A stretch of 60,268 bases of DNA, the filler included. It is 8 parts of 8 records of this genome, joined end to end, with 100 filler letters (N's around TTAATTAATTAA, not from the genome) between each part and the next. Parts side by side here need not be neighbours in the genome. Positions count along the whole stretch, not along the records: positions 51,137 to 60,268 come from SRR31147125_80653; 7 more parts are not named here. One strand, 5' to 3'. Position 1 is the first letter of the stretch, and every line of letters begins with the position of its first letter. The translations under genes and the position numbers were made by a program. The notes beneath the pieces were generated by a model, which searched no databases, was not told the origin of the DNA, and was given only the letters and a program-made list of their open reading frames with translations. This document shows, piece by piece, positions 51,137 to 60,268 of the stretch.

Positions 51137-53619
51137 TAATTCATGCGAAATATTGGTAAAAAACTGGTTTTTAAACAGAGCCACTTCCTCTATCCTTTTA
51201 GTTTCCAGTTCTTTTCTTTCTATTTCATTTTTAAAACGTTCGCCCTGAACTACGTAATTCCTGAAAAATAAAATTACTCCTATCAATAAAACCAGATAGA
51301 TAAATTTTGCCAACATTGTATCCCACCATGGAGGCAAAACCGAAATATTTAGGCTAATTCCTTCTTCGTTCCAAACACCATCACCATTCGAGGCTTTCAC
51401 CCTAAAAGTATAATCGCCGGGTGCCAGGTTAGTATAAGTTGCACGACGCTCGTTTCCGGTCTGAATCCACTCATTGTCAAAACCCTCCAGTTTATATAAA
51501 TACTGATTTTTTTCAGAATGTAAATACCCCAGAGCCGAAAATTCCAAAGCGAAAGAACGTTCTCCGTATTTTAACTTTAATTGTTTAGTTATACTAATGT
51601 GGTGTCCTCCGTTTTCATCATTTTTAACAACTTTCCCATTTATCCATAAATCTGAAAATACAATTTGGGGTTCCTTCTCATCTTTATAAAGTTCTTTAGG
51701 CGAAAAACAGGTTAGTCCATTAAGGGTGTTAAATGCTATAGTTCCATCAGGAAATGCAATTCCAGAATTACTATTAAAAATATTCGAAGACAAGCCATCG
51801 CTTTCTAAAAATGTACGAAAAGAATTATTTGCCTGTAGAAGATTAAGCCCGTATGTAGTTGCAATCCAAATATCATCATTTATGTCTTGGATAATTGACT
51901 GAATCCTGTTTCCTGAAAGCCCGGAACTTTGGGAGAAATATCGCACTTTCCCTTTGTTAACAAGGGTCAGTCCATTCTCTGTACCAATCCACATTCTGCC
52001 TTTGTTATCCTGAAAAATATCTCGCACAAAATTGTTACTCAAAGTTGCACCTTCAATAAATTCATGAGGAAAACGTTTAAACCTGTTTTCTGAATTATTG
52101 TATTTATAGGCTCCGTTTTTTGTGCCCACCCAAATAGCATTCTTATTGTCGAGATATAAAGAAGATATAAAAGATTCGTCAAGCTGATATTGGGGCAAAT
52201 CCTTCTTGCAGCTGTAAAATGTCTCTTTTCCCTATCGAAAAGAAACAGTCCTCCGTTTAATGTACCAAACCACAAATTTCCTTCGTTATCTTCTAGAACA
52301 GACCACACATTGTCATCAGATGCACTTGCTTCCGGATTTTGAATTCTTGGATAATGCTTAATTAATTTAAGTTCTGAATTTAACTGAAATAATCCTTTCT
52401 GGTAGGTGCCGCCCCAAATATCCCCTTTGCTATCGCGGTATAGTTTTTTTACAATTTCGGCATTCGGAATATTCAATTTTGAATACTTACCAGTTTCAAT
52501 ATTAATTCTGAAAAGGCCGTCGCCATCTGTAGAAGCAAGAACTTCAAACTCCTGTATCTGAATAAAATCGAGAACATTAATTTTGTTACCCATTTTTCCT
52601 GCATCAAACTTATCTACTAAAATGTGTTTGTAAGCAGCTGAATATTTATCGAGTATAGTAACGCCCGAATTAATTCCTCCCACCCAAAGATTATCTCTGC
52701 TGTCGATAGCCAAACGATAAATTACATTGTTTTGTATTCCTGAGTTCCCTTCTGTTTTTAAGCATTGGGTTGTTCCGTCTTTCCTATTTACAATACAAAT
52801 TCCATCACCATCGGTTCCTGCATAAATTAATCCTTCCGCATCAACACAAACGCTAAGAATCTTATCAGATAAATTTTTGCCTAATCTACTTAACGACAGT
52901 TTTTTATCCAATAATAACAAACCATTTCGTCGGGTACCAATTATATAATTTCCTTCGCTGTCTTCAACCAACGATACAATATGGAAGTCTTTTAGCTTTT
53001 CATTGGGTATGGCAACTAATTCTTTTTCTCCCTGAACCTTGTAAATACCCAGTTGATCGGTTAATATTAGTATTGTACCATTCTTGCTTTTATGTACACC
53101 TGATATTTTTCTCCCCGGAATATCAATGTTCAAGGTTTCTTTTTTGAATGCAGAACTTGCAGAATCGTATCTAAAAATTCCGTCGACACAACTTAACCAA
53201 ATTTCGTTGTTATTATCTGCTAACAATGCGCTTACAGGATTATCGAATGTATTATCTTTATAGAAGTACCGCTGAACTGAGAAATCATTTAACGAAATTC
53301 TGTTAATTCCATGGGTTGTTCCAATCCATAAATTATGATTTGCATCTTCTTCAACACACTCAATCCAACTGCTGCTTATACTTTTTTTATCATTCGGGTC
53401 GTGAACAAATGCCTGCAAGTTACTTCCATCGTATAAATACAGTCCCTCACGGGTGCCAAACCACATTCGCCCCAGATAATCTTCTTTTATTGAAGTAATT
53501 GAACTGTATGCAAACTCCCCTTCTACACTTATTTTACGAAAACGTATATTTTGTGCCGATGAAATATTGGTTATCAGCACAGTTGTGAATGCAATATAAA
53601 AAACAACTTTGGCTATCAT
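51137..53619 (-). CDS. Bacteroidetes hybrid two-component sensor (beta-propeller, Y_Y_Y, start of HisKA), frameshifted near 52195, 3'-truncated
   Basis: Reg_prop repeats (D..G.LW.GT), YTNLAPGDYTFRVKASN, PPWW and FFTNISHEL. TATATTTG promoter element at 53656-53663. Confidence 0.9.
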
Positions 53620-53723
53620 CAAACTATTGTTAAAACGTTTTAGCAAATTATGGGACAAATATATTTACTTCTTTTTCAAAACATACTTAATTGCTAAGAT
53701 ATAATATCTCAATCTTAAAAATT

Positions 53724-54637
53724 TTAGTTCAAACTCCGGTATTCAGCCGGGCTCATGCCTACCTTCTTTTTAAAAATACGCGAAAAATACTGCGGATATT
53801 CAAACCCTAATTCATAGGCAATTTCGCTAACTAAATTATTAGAGTTTAGCAATTTTGTTTTCGCAAACTCAATTAGCTTTAGATGAATATGTTCTTGCGT
53901 ATTTTTACCGGTTTCTTGTTTCAACAAATCGGTTAAATAAGGTGCCGATAAATTTAATTTTTCAGCAAAATACTGTACAGAAGGCAGACCAGAATCAGCC
54001 TGTAACCCCTGCGTATAGTAATTCTCTATCAGATTTTCGAACTTCGAAATAACATCTTCATTCTGGCTTTTGCGGGTAATAAACTGGCGGCCATAAAAAC
54101 GTTTGCTATGACTTAGCAACAATTCTAAATTTGAAATAATTACATCGCGGCTGTACACATCAATATTTTGGTTGTATTCTGTTTCAACACTTTTAGCAAT
54201 ACGGTTAATAATCTGTTTCTCATCGTCAGATAAATGTAAGGCTTCGTTCGATTCGTAGGAAAAAAAGTGTACTCCTTCATCTTCTCGGCCAAAAAACTTT
54301 TCCGTATTAAATCAGGATGAAAAAACAAGCCCCAGCCTTTAAAATTTGAAATATCAGTTTCTACCAAATCATTAAATTCGACTACCTGCCCAGGCTGCAT
54401 AAACAACATCGAGCCCTCTTCAAAATCGTAATTCCTGCGCCCGTATTTGAAATCGCAATGCGTTTGTTCCTTAAAAATCACGGCATAAAATCCACACACA
54501 AATTTAAGGTTCGACATTTCTGCTGAAATCCAGATCCCGTTGAAATTTATTTTCGTGATTTGCGGATGCTTTGGAGGCTCACCTCTCATTGCCTGGTGCA
54601 ACTTGCTAATCGTATCGATATGAAAAATATCTTTCAT
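53724..54637 (-). CDS. AraC family regulator, frameshifted at the A-run 54260-54266
   Basis: KYGRRNYDFEEG...YTFF|SYESNEALHLS joins to the C-terminal HTH (IAYELGFEYPQYFSR). Confidence 0.88.
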
Positions 54638-54649
54638 TGTTTAAACTGT

Positions 54650-55147
54650 CTATTTGTGATAATTTAAAATTTGCTGATAATAAATATCGGCTCTTTCTTT
54701 AGAAAAATGGTCGATAATAATTCCCGATAAACCTAAAATTAATAAAGCAATGCCAACTGCTTTCAACACAGGACTGTGAGAAAACCAGAAAATAAACATT
54801 GCTCCAACAAACGAAACTGCTGCAATTATTAAAGTTGTGGTGTATAAATATTGAAAACCTTCCACCCGTTCTTTTTCACTTTGCACAAATTCACTGGAGT
54901 TTTCAGAATATGCCTGTTCACATCCACGAATCCGTTTTTGGTTGCTGATTACTCCACCGATTCCGGTACCGGCAAATAAAAAGCCAACTAGCACCAACGG
55001 AATGAGCATTGTCTTGGTGTTTGGAGTTCCGCCCAGTTTCCAGAACAAAAAACCGCACACTACCAGCAACAAACCAAATGCAGCAATAATTATTGCCTCA
55101 AAGATTTCTCCTTTGCTCCAGTTTATCGAATGTTGTATAAAATCCAT
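54650..55147 (-). CDS. Four-TM hypothetical membrane protein
   Basis: Hydrophobic helices, within the operon. Confidence 0.8.
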   Translation of the reverse strand: MDFIQHSINWSKGEIFEAIIIAAFGLLLVVCGFLFWKLGGTPNTKTMLIPLVLVGFLFAGTGIGGVISNQKRIRGCEQAYSENSSEFVQSEKERVEGFQYLYTTTLIIAAVSFVGAMFIFWFSHSPVLKAVGIALLILGLSGIIIDHFSKERADIYYQQILNYHK

Positions 55148-55179
55148 CTGTTAAATTTTATTCGTTTAAATTACGAAAT

Positions 55180-56016
55180 TTAGCGAAATAATATGCTCAA
55201 AATAAAACAGTCGTACATTCGGTCTGAAAGTATCGATTTCATAAATAAAGAGAATGCAGCTCCACTTCCAATGGCATAACGTGTTTTTGGTTTTTTGGCT
55301 GTAACAGCCTTAAAAATCCCCTTTGCAATTATTTCGGGTTCAGAACCACGATTATTCCACTTTTCGAGGTTGGCTGCATGTTTTCGTACATTTCTACCAT
55401 AAACCGTATTTCCCGAGGTTTGAATCAGATTCTCGCGTGCGATTTCGTTCCACTCAGTTTTTATGGCTCCCGGCTCAATAACCACCACATCAATATTAAA
55501 CTGTTTCAATTCCATACGAAGGCTGTCACTTAAGCCCTCCACGGCAAATTTACTTGCTTGGTACCAAACACCATGCGGACTCCCAGCTTTTCCACCAATT
55601 GACGAAACATTAATAATTCTGCCCGAACCTTGTTTTCGCATGGTTGGCAAAAACAATTGTGTTAAACGTGCTAATCCAAAAACATTCACATCAAACTGTT
55701 TCCGGGCTTCCTCCATTGGCACATCTTCCATTGCTCCGTACGAGCCATAGCCTGCATTGTTTACCAACACATCCAATCTCCCGTGTTCCTTTAAAATACG
55801 ACTAGTACAATTTACCATCGATTCATCAACTGTTACATCGAGCTCAAGAATTATAATTCCCTGTTTTTCCAGCTCTTTCATTTTCTCCACCCGACGGGCT
55901 GCACCGTAAACTATAAATCCGGCTTGTTTTAAACGAAGTACTGTTGCCCTTCCAATTCCTGCCGATGCTCCAGTTACCAAGGCTACTTTTTTTCTGTTTT
56001 CCATTTTCTTTTTCAA
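55180..56016 (-). CDS. Classical short-chain dehydrogenase/reductase
   Basis: TGASAGIG, NNAG and YQASK motifs. Confidence 0.95.
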   Translation of the reverse strand: MKKKMENRKKVALVTGASAGIGRATVLRLKQAGFIVYGAARRVEKMKELEKQGIIILELDVTVDESMVNCTSRILKEHGRLDVLVNNAGYGSYGAMEDVPMEEARKQFDVNVFGLARLTQLFLPTMRKQGSGRIINVSSIGGKAGSPHGVWYQASKFAVEGLSDSLRMELKQFNIDVVVIEPGAIKTEWNEIARENLIQTSGNTVYGRNVRKHAANLEKWNNRGSEPEIIAKGIFKAVTAKKPKTRYAIGSGAAFSLFMKSILSDRMYDCFILSILFR

Positions 56017-56636
56017 TTACTTATTTCAATAATTCTCTCAACTATTTTTACCGGTCCTTTCGGAAACCATGTTTTTGACAATATTACCGGCGCACCAATA
56101 GGAATGAATTTTCCCTGAAGTTCAATCCGAGTCTCCTTTTTCGATAGTTTTTCCAGTTTATAATGAATGTCCGACACCTGTAAACGCTTCTTCCCTTTTT
56201 CATTGTAAACTTGCGGTGTTGAATCATGTCTGGAAATATAAGTCTGCGTGTCATTTTCGAGATACCCGGAAATGGTGCGCACCAAATCCATATCGGGCAT
56301 AGGCCAGGGAGCGTTAAATATATAATAAACAACTTTGGAAGTGTCTGTTTGGCTCACTAATTCGCTCGATTTACAATCGTAGATTTTTTTGTGAAGTTCA
56401 ATGTTTTTAAGAGTCTCTACACATTTCTGAAAATTAGCTTCCTGAACAGATCTTAGCTGCCAGTTAAACACAACCTCTTCTGTCCCCTCGCTAGTTTTCA
56501 CTTTCGAGAATGACGTATGAACTGTAGTCTGCCCATCGTTATAAACCTCTTCCCAGTTTAATTGTGCTGAATTTGTTTGGGCGCTAAGAACATTAAAAAT
56601 GCTTATTAGTACGCTAAAAATAATTCCTTTTCTCAT
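56013..56636 (-). CDS. Exported START/SRPBCC-like lipid-binding protein
   Basis: Signal peptide and YYIFNAPWPMPDMD motif. Confidence 0.7.
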   Translation of the reverse strand: MRKGIIFSVLISIFNVLSAQTNSAQLNWEEVYNDGQTTVHTSFSKVKTSEGTEEVVFNWQLRSVQEANFQKCVETLKNIELHKKIYDCKSSELVSQTDTSKVVYYIFNAPWPMPDMDLVRTISGYLENDTQTYISRHDSTPQVYNEKGKKRLQVSDIHYKLEKLSKKETRIELQGKFIPIGAPVILSKTWFPKGPVKIVERIIEISN

Positions 56637-56660
56637 TTGCCTTATTTTAAAATCACAATG

Positions 56661-56727
56661 CAAAAGTAAAACTGCTTAAGAACAAAGAATTATTCGAATT
56701 TATGATTTTTGTATACGAATTTAAGAT
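56661..56727 (-). promoter_or_regulatory. Bacteroidetes promoter with upstream direct repeats (AraC-type site)
   Basis: TACTTTTG (-7 element) at 56668-56661. Repeats TATTCGAATTTATGAT (56691) and TATACGAATTTAAGAT (56712), 21 bp apart. Confidence 0.65.
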
Positions 56728-56915
56728 GGAGAGAGAACTTGTTTAGATTACGGTATTCGAAGGTTGAAGCCCAATGGTTCGAAATCTAGCGCTAAGGACT
56801 TTTAAATTCTTTAAGCATCTTGTAAACAGTTATATTTGAAAAAAAGGGTTCAGCCATAAATAGCCAAACCCTTGGTATATTTTAGTATACACACTTCGTG
56901 AAACAGTCTCTGTTT

Positions 56916-57242
56916 TTATGGAATTAGCTTTATAAGTTCCAGAATTTCTTTATCGGTAATGTTTTCCATATCGGACTTGTCAAATATGGAGAGCATGTAA
57001 ACTGTATCTTTCTTGTAAACCAAATGAGTTATAACCCTTGCACCACCAGACTTACCTTTTCCTTTGCTTGCAATGGCAAAGCGTATCTTGTAGCAATCAT
57101 GCCCGATTGAAGTTCCTTTGGTTGGTTCTTTTTTAAGTTCACATATAAGTGTTTGAATTTCCTTTTTGAGCGAAGGGAATTTTTTCATCAGACGTTTAGC
57201 CTGGCGTTCAAAAACGGAAATGGTTTTAACATTAAAGCTCAT
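56916..57242 (-). CDS. Type II TA toxin, RelE/ParE superfamily
   Basis: FERQAKRLMKKFPSL, YKIR..IASKGKGKSGGARVI and LSIFDKS motifs. Confidence 0.9.
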   Translation of the reverse strand: MSFNVKTISVFERQAKRLMKKFPSLKKEIQTLICELKKEPTKGTSIGHDCYKIRFAIASKGKGKSGGARVITHLVYKKDTVYMLSIFDKSDMENITDKEILELIKLIP

Positions 57243-57461
57243 TGAGAAAATCTTCAGCGTTACGTGCTTGTGCTTTGCCTTCTTTAATTTGCTTCATCTC
57301 TTCAACAGCTTCAGCTAGTTCAAAAGGAAAAGTTTTTTGTTCCTTAAACGTTTTAGTTCTTCAAGGTCTTTCTGTATCTGTTCCCAATCCTTTATAGGGA
57401 GCTGGACACCGCTTTTGTGTCCGTGTCCGTCAGTTATATATTGTAAGTTCATTGCAGCCAT
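57232..57461 (-). CDS. Cognate antitoxin, frameshifted at the T-run near 57322
   Basis: MAAMNLQYITDGHGHKSGVQLPIKDWE...|ELAEAVEEMKQIKEGKAQARNAEDFLNEL*. Overlaps the toxin start. Confidence 0.75.
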
Positions 57462-57463
57462 TT

Positions 57464-57799
57464 TTAACGGTTTGCGTAAGCTTGCCCTGTTTTTAAATCT
57501 CGCAGAGCCATATCAATCATACGATATACAAAGTTCTTGTTTTCATCAGAAAGCAACGAAATATCTTCAAGACGCTTTAACGCACTTTTGTCCAGTTCTA
57601 GATTGGTTTTGCCCACCAGGTAATCTATTGAAACACCCAATATGTCTGAAATTTTTATTATTACATCAATAGAAGGAGTCATAATATTACGTTCGTACCT
57701 TCCGATAATATCACCAGAAGTTCCTATTTCTTTGCCTAAAGCAGCTTGTGAAAATCCTTTCTGCTTTCTTAATAGCATTATGTGTTCACCTATAGTCAT
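57464..57799 (-). CDS. XRE-family HTH regulator
   Basis: LRKQKGFSQAALG...IGRYERN..PS...LGVSIDYLVG. Confidence 0.92.
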   Translation of the reverse strand: MTIGEHIMLLRKQKGFSQAALGKEIGTSGDIIGRYERNIMTPSIDVIIKISDILGVSIDYLVGKTNLELDKSALKRLEDISLLSDENKNFVYRMIDMALRDLKTGQAYANR

Positions 57800-57863
57800 A
57801 CTTTTAAGTAGTGTATTTGACTAATTAATGTTTGATTTCACAAAAATACACTACTTAAAAGTA
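57799..57863. promoter_or_regulatory. 20-bp perfect inverted repeat (paired operators) over the XRE promoter
   Basis: TACTTTTAAGTAGTGTATTT (57799-57818) / AAATACACTACTTAAAAGTA (57844-57863). TATTTTTG -7 element on the minus strand at 57848-57841. Confidence 0.7.
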
Positions 57864-58484
57864 GAAAACAATAATTTTTAAACTTTTTTTGTCATGAAAA
57901 TAAGTGAGATAGCACAAAGGTTTTCAATACTTACGTTTTTACAGCTCAATGGTATGAAAACCCATACTAAGCTTTTCTAAATTTTTTGAGGATTTACTGT
58001 CCTTTCTTTATTGCAGGAATAGAACATTGTGATAGATAGGTTTGCTGTCCGGGCGTGCTTTACATTCCAATCTTTAAATCACTGACAGGTAACAAAACAA
58101 AGCCCCGAAGAAACCTACGGGGCTTGTAATGGGCGTGGAAACCATGCCTTTTGCCATTAATGTTTTTGTCAGATTTGTTAAGAGGGCACGGGCTACCATA
58201 AATATGGGCATTTCAATTATTAAATGCTACAAATAGAGCTGAAGTGGGAAAAAATCCATTTCTTTCTTAGCGGTGTTCGCCTGTGGCTCACCAATCAATT
58301 CAATCATTCGCACAAAATTAACCCCAGGCCTCGATACGATGCAAAAGCGACGTTTTTATTTTCAAAAAGCTCCACTCCTGCGGATAGTCTTTTTAAAAAT
58401 AAAATCCGGCTGCTTTGGCTCTTAATCTTACCCGGTGGTTGGGATCATGCGAAAATTTTAATTAATCATTTAAATCTTTTCGTT

Positions 58485-58925
58485 ATGGTAGAAAATTTTC
58501 CGGAAATCACAATCAGTTATTCCAATCCAACACCAATGTATGAACGTATCAAAATTTCATGTTCAAGCGATGTTTACCAACACATGCTTGAGATTTGTGA
58601 AGATGTCGAATACAGAGAGTCCATGTATGCCATATTCCTAAACAGAGCCAACCATGTACTCGGTTATTTGCTCGTGTCCAAAGGTGGAATCTCCGGAACG
58701 ATTGTGGATGTACGAATTATTATGCAGGCCGCGCTACGTGCGAACTCGGTCAGCATTTTAATTTGCCATAATCACCCCTCCGGTAATACCCAGCCATCAA
58801 GGGAAGACCTAAATATTACGGAGAAAATAAAGGATGCGGCAAAACTGTTTGATATAAGTTTGCTGGATCATTTGATAATAACCTCTGAAAAATACCTGTC
58901 AATGGCAGACGAAGGGCTTATATAG
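58485..58925 (+). CDS. Stand-alone JAB/MPN domain protein (short RadC, mobile-element type)
   Basis: RESMYAIFLNRAN, GGISGTIVD, HNHPSG..PS.ED and LLDHLII motifs. No HhH N-terminus. The computed 58224 start runs through non-coding hairpin DNA. Confidence 0.9.
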   Translation: MVENFPEITISYSNPTPMYERIKISCSSDVYQHMLEICEDVEYRESMYAIFLNRANHVLGYLLVSKGGISGTIVDVRIIMQAALRANSVSILICHNHPSGNTQPSREDLNITEKIKDAAKLFDISLLDHLIITSEKYLSMADEGLI

Positions 58926-59362
58926 TCCTTTTTTTGAATTGAATTTTGCTCATCCAAAAAGCAGGCCTCCCCTACCCTTCTTAATTTATCCCAACCAATC
59001 CATTACCTACAAACCTTATTATGGGACCATTATCATCTTTTTTCCTTACTTCGGATTAAGGACATTTCCTTTTCCTGATAAGAACCCGGTTCCTCTGTTG
59101 ATTACTTATTGTTCCACCCCTTCAACCTGATTCCTTTCCCTGTTTTTAAGTAAACCTCTACCCGTGTTTTTCCCCGTCTGGCCAGATTAAAATTTGATTA
59201 AAAGCCTATAAGCTAAAATAGTTTGTTGGTCCATACAAAATAGATTTTCCCGGCATATCCTTAATCGTTCCTCATTTCGGTATTCCAGTTCCTCTATTGT
59301 GTTTTGTCCCTTTTACAAACTTGATTTCGCATATAGTTTTTAATCACATAAATTTTAAAATC

Positions 59363-59620
59363 ATGGCTAAAAAAGCAGAAAAAGACACAGGTAGAGAGTT
59401 CAAAAAAAATTACATCGGTAAAGGCAAACAGGTAGAGGGATTGGATATCGTAAGGTTATCGATAAACATGGACAAAGCTGAGGAGTTCTTTCACGAATAC
59501 AAAGGCGAACGGTACCTTACCCTGGAAGTTGCCAGGTTGAAAGAAGTAGATGAATATGGCAAATCTCATACAGCCTATGTCAGCACGGAAGTAAAAGGAG
59601 TAGGTCAGAATAGACTATAA
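59363..59620 (+). CDS. Small basic hypothetical protein, possibly SSB-like
   Basis: 85 aa with an AT-rich Bacteroidetes-type leader. KGERYLTLEVARLKEVDEYGKSHTAYVS. Confidence 0.75.
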   Translation: MAKKAEKDTGREFKKNYIGKGKQVEGLDIVRLSINMDKAEEFFHEYKGERYLTLEVARLKEVDEYGKSHTAYVSTEVKGVGQNRL

Positions 59621-59622
59621 CG

Positions 59623-59648
59623 AAAAAGCGGGTCGCCCCGCTTTTTTT
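59623..59648. terminator. Bidirectional terminator
   Basis: AAAAAGCGGG-TCGC-CCCGCTTTTTT between convergent genes. Confidence 0.85.
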
Positions 59649-59661
59649 GTATTCATAAAAA

Positions 59662-59934
59662 TTAATTCACTTGCTCGTCCAGAGCTTTTCCAGCTTTGAA
59701 TTTAACCACCTTCTTGGCAGCTATCTGTATTTCCTTACCCGTTTGTGGGTTTCTGCCTGTTCTTGCAGCACGTTCAGAAACAGAGAAAGTACCAAAACCA
59801 ATCAACTGGATGGCCTCACCTTTTCCCATTGTTTCTTTTACAGTTTCTTCAAAAGCTTTTACAAACTTTTCGCTATCGGCTTTTGTCAAGCCGCTTTTTT
59901 CGGCCATGGCCGATACTAATTCTTGTTTATTCAT
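59662..59934 (-). CDS. hup: DNA-binding protein HU
   Basis: MNKQEL...GFGTFSV..RAARTGRNPQTG...KFKAGKAL, 90 aa. Confidence 0.95.
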   Translation of the reverse strand: MNKQELVSAMAEKSGLTKADSEKFVKAFEETVKETMGKGEAIQLIGFGTFSVSERAARTGRNPQTGKEIQIAAKKVVKFKAGKALDEQVN

Positions 59935-60268
59935 ATCTAAATTAATTGATTGACTGCAATTATAGTGTTTTTCTGTTTTTTTCCCAGCATAAACAATCTT
60001 TAAGCGCCCTTTAGGCAGAGTGGTACCGCTATGCGGTGGGGCCAAAGAAATGACAAAGAAGTCATTTTGATAAGGTATTTACTCTTACTTATACAACATC
60101 GGGCATACCGTTATTTCATGGCCGGAAGCAAAATTACCTATATCGCTCGATACGGTAAAGGGGAACCCGCTTTTCGTGGCGGGTTTGCTTCGCATTTGTT
60201 CATTTTCCTTTTCCCCTGCGCCTGGCTCCGGTCCAAAACAAAATGACATACACCCCATTGACCTTAAT

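Noticed and set aside
56770..56875. GGTTCGAA word and AAGGGTT..AACCCTT hairpin as a tRNA/att site
   Set aside because: No cloverleaf, CCA or partner repeat in the window. The hairpin can simply terminate the TA operon.
420..57461. Many split genes (about 820, 1765, 20770, 37560, 52195, 54263, 57322) as programmed frameshifting or phase variation
   Set aside because: They are single-base indels, mostly at short homopolymers, spread over unrelated contigs and gene types. Sequencing error is the simplest explanation. Read mapping would settle it.
1..58925. Two RadC/JAB genes as parts of one system
   Set aside because: They lie on different contigs from evidently different organisms.

Overview
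The window is a concatenation of eight unrelated bacterial contigs joined by 100-nt N spacers that carry a TTAATTAATTAA stop linker. Contigs: 1-11433, 11534-20087, 20188-25659, 25760-31134, 31235-38222, 38323-45574, 45675-51036, 51137-60268. No gene context is valid across a spacer. The content suggests an anaerobic community metagenome with spirochaete-like, clostridial, deltaproteobacterial-like and Bacteroidetes-like DNA; taxonomy is inferred from gene style only. At least seven genes are split by single-base frameshifts, mostly at homopolymers, and these are most likely sequencing errors. Most notable observations: (1) two related 162-bp MITE-like elements in opposite orientation bracketing an aldo/keto reductase; (2) a cupin/OYE/ETF/SorC/Gfo-Idh-MocA/TIM-barrel/ABC catabolic cluster with a non-canonical OYE active site and a shared TAAC-N4-GATA-N4-TAAC-N4-GATA operator behind two consensus promoters; (3) a candidate sulfoquinovose cluster (SqvD-like isomerase, TRAP transporter, atypical GH31); (4) a tRNA-anchored tandem island with a duplicated att and arm, carrying a CoA-disulfide reductase-rhodanese; (5) a Bacteroidetes mobile-element segment where a JAB/RadC gene and a small SSB-like gene each sit behind a long hairpin (candidate ssDNA promoters). 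No CRISPR array or rRNA was seen.
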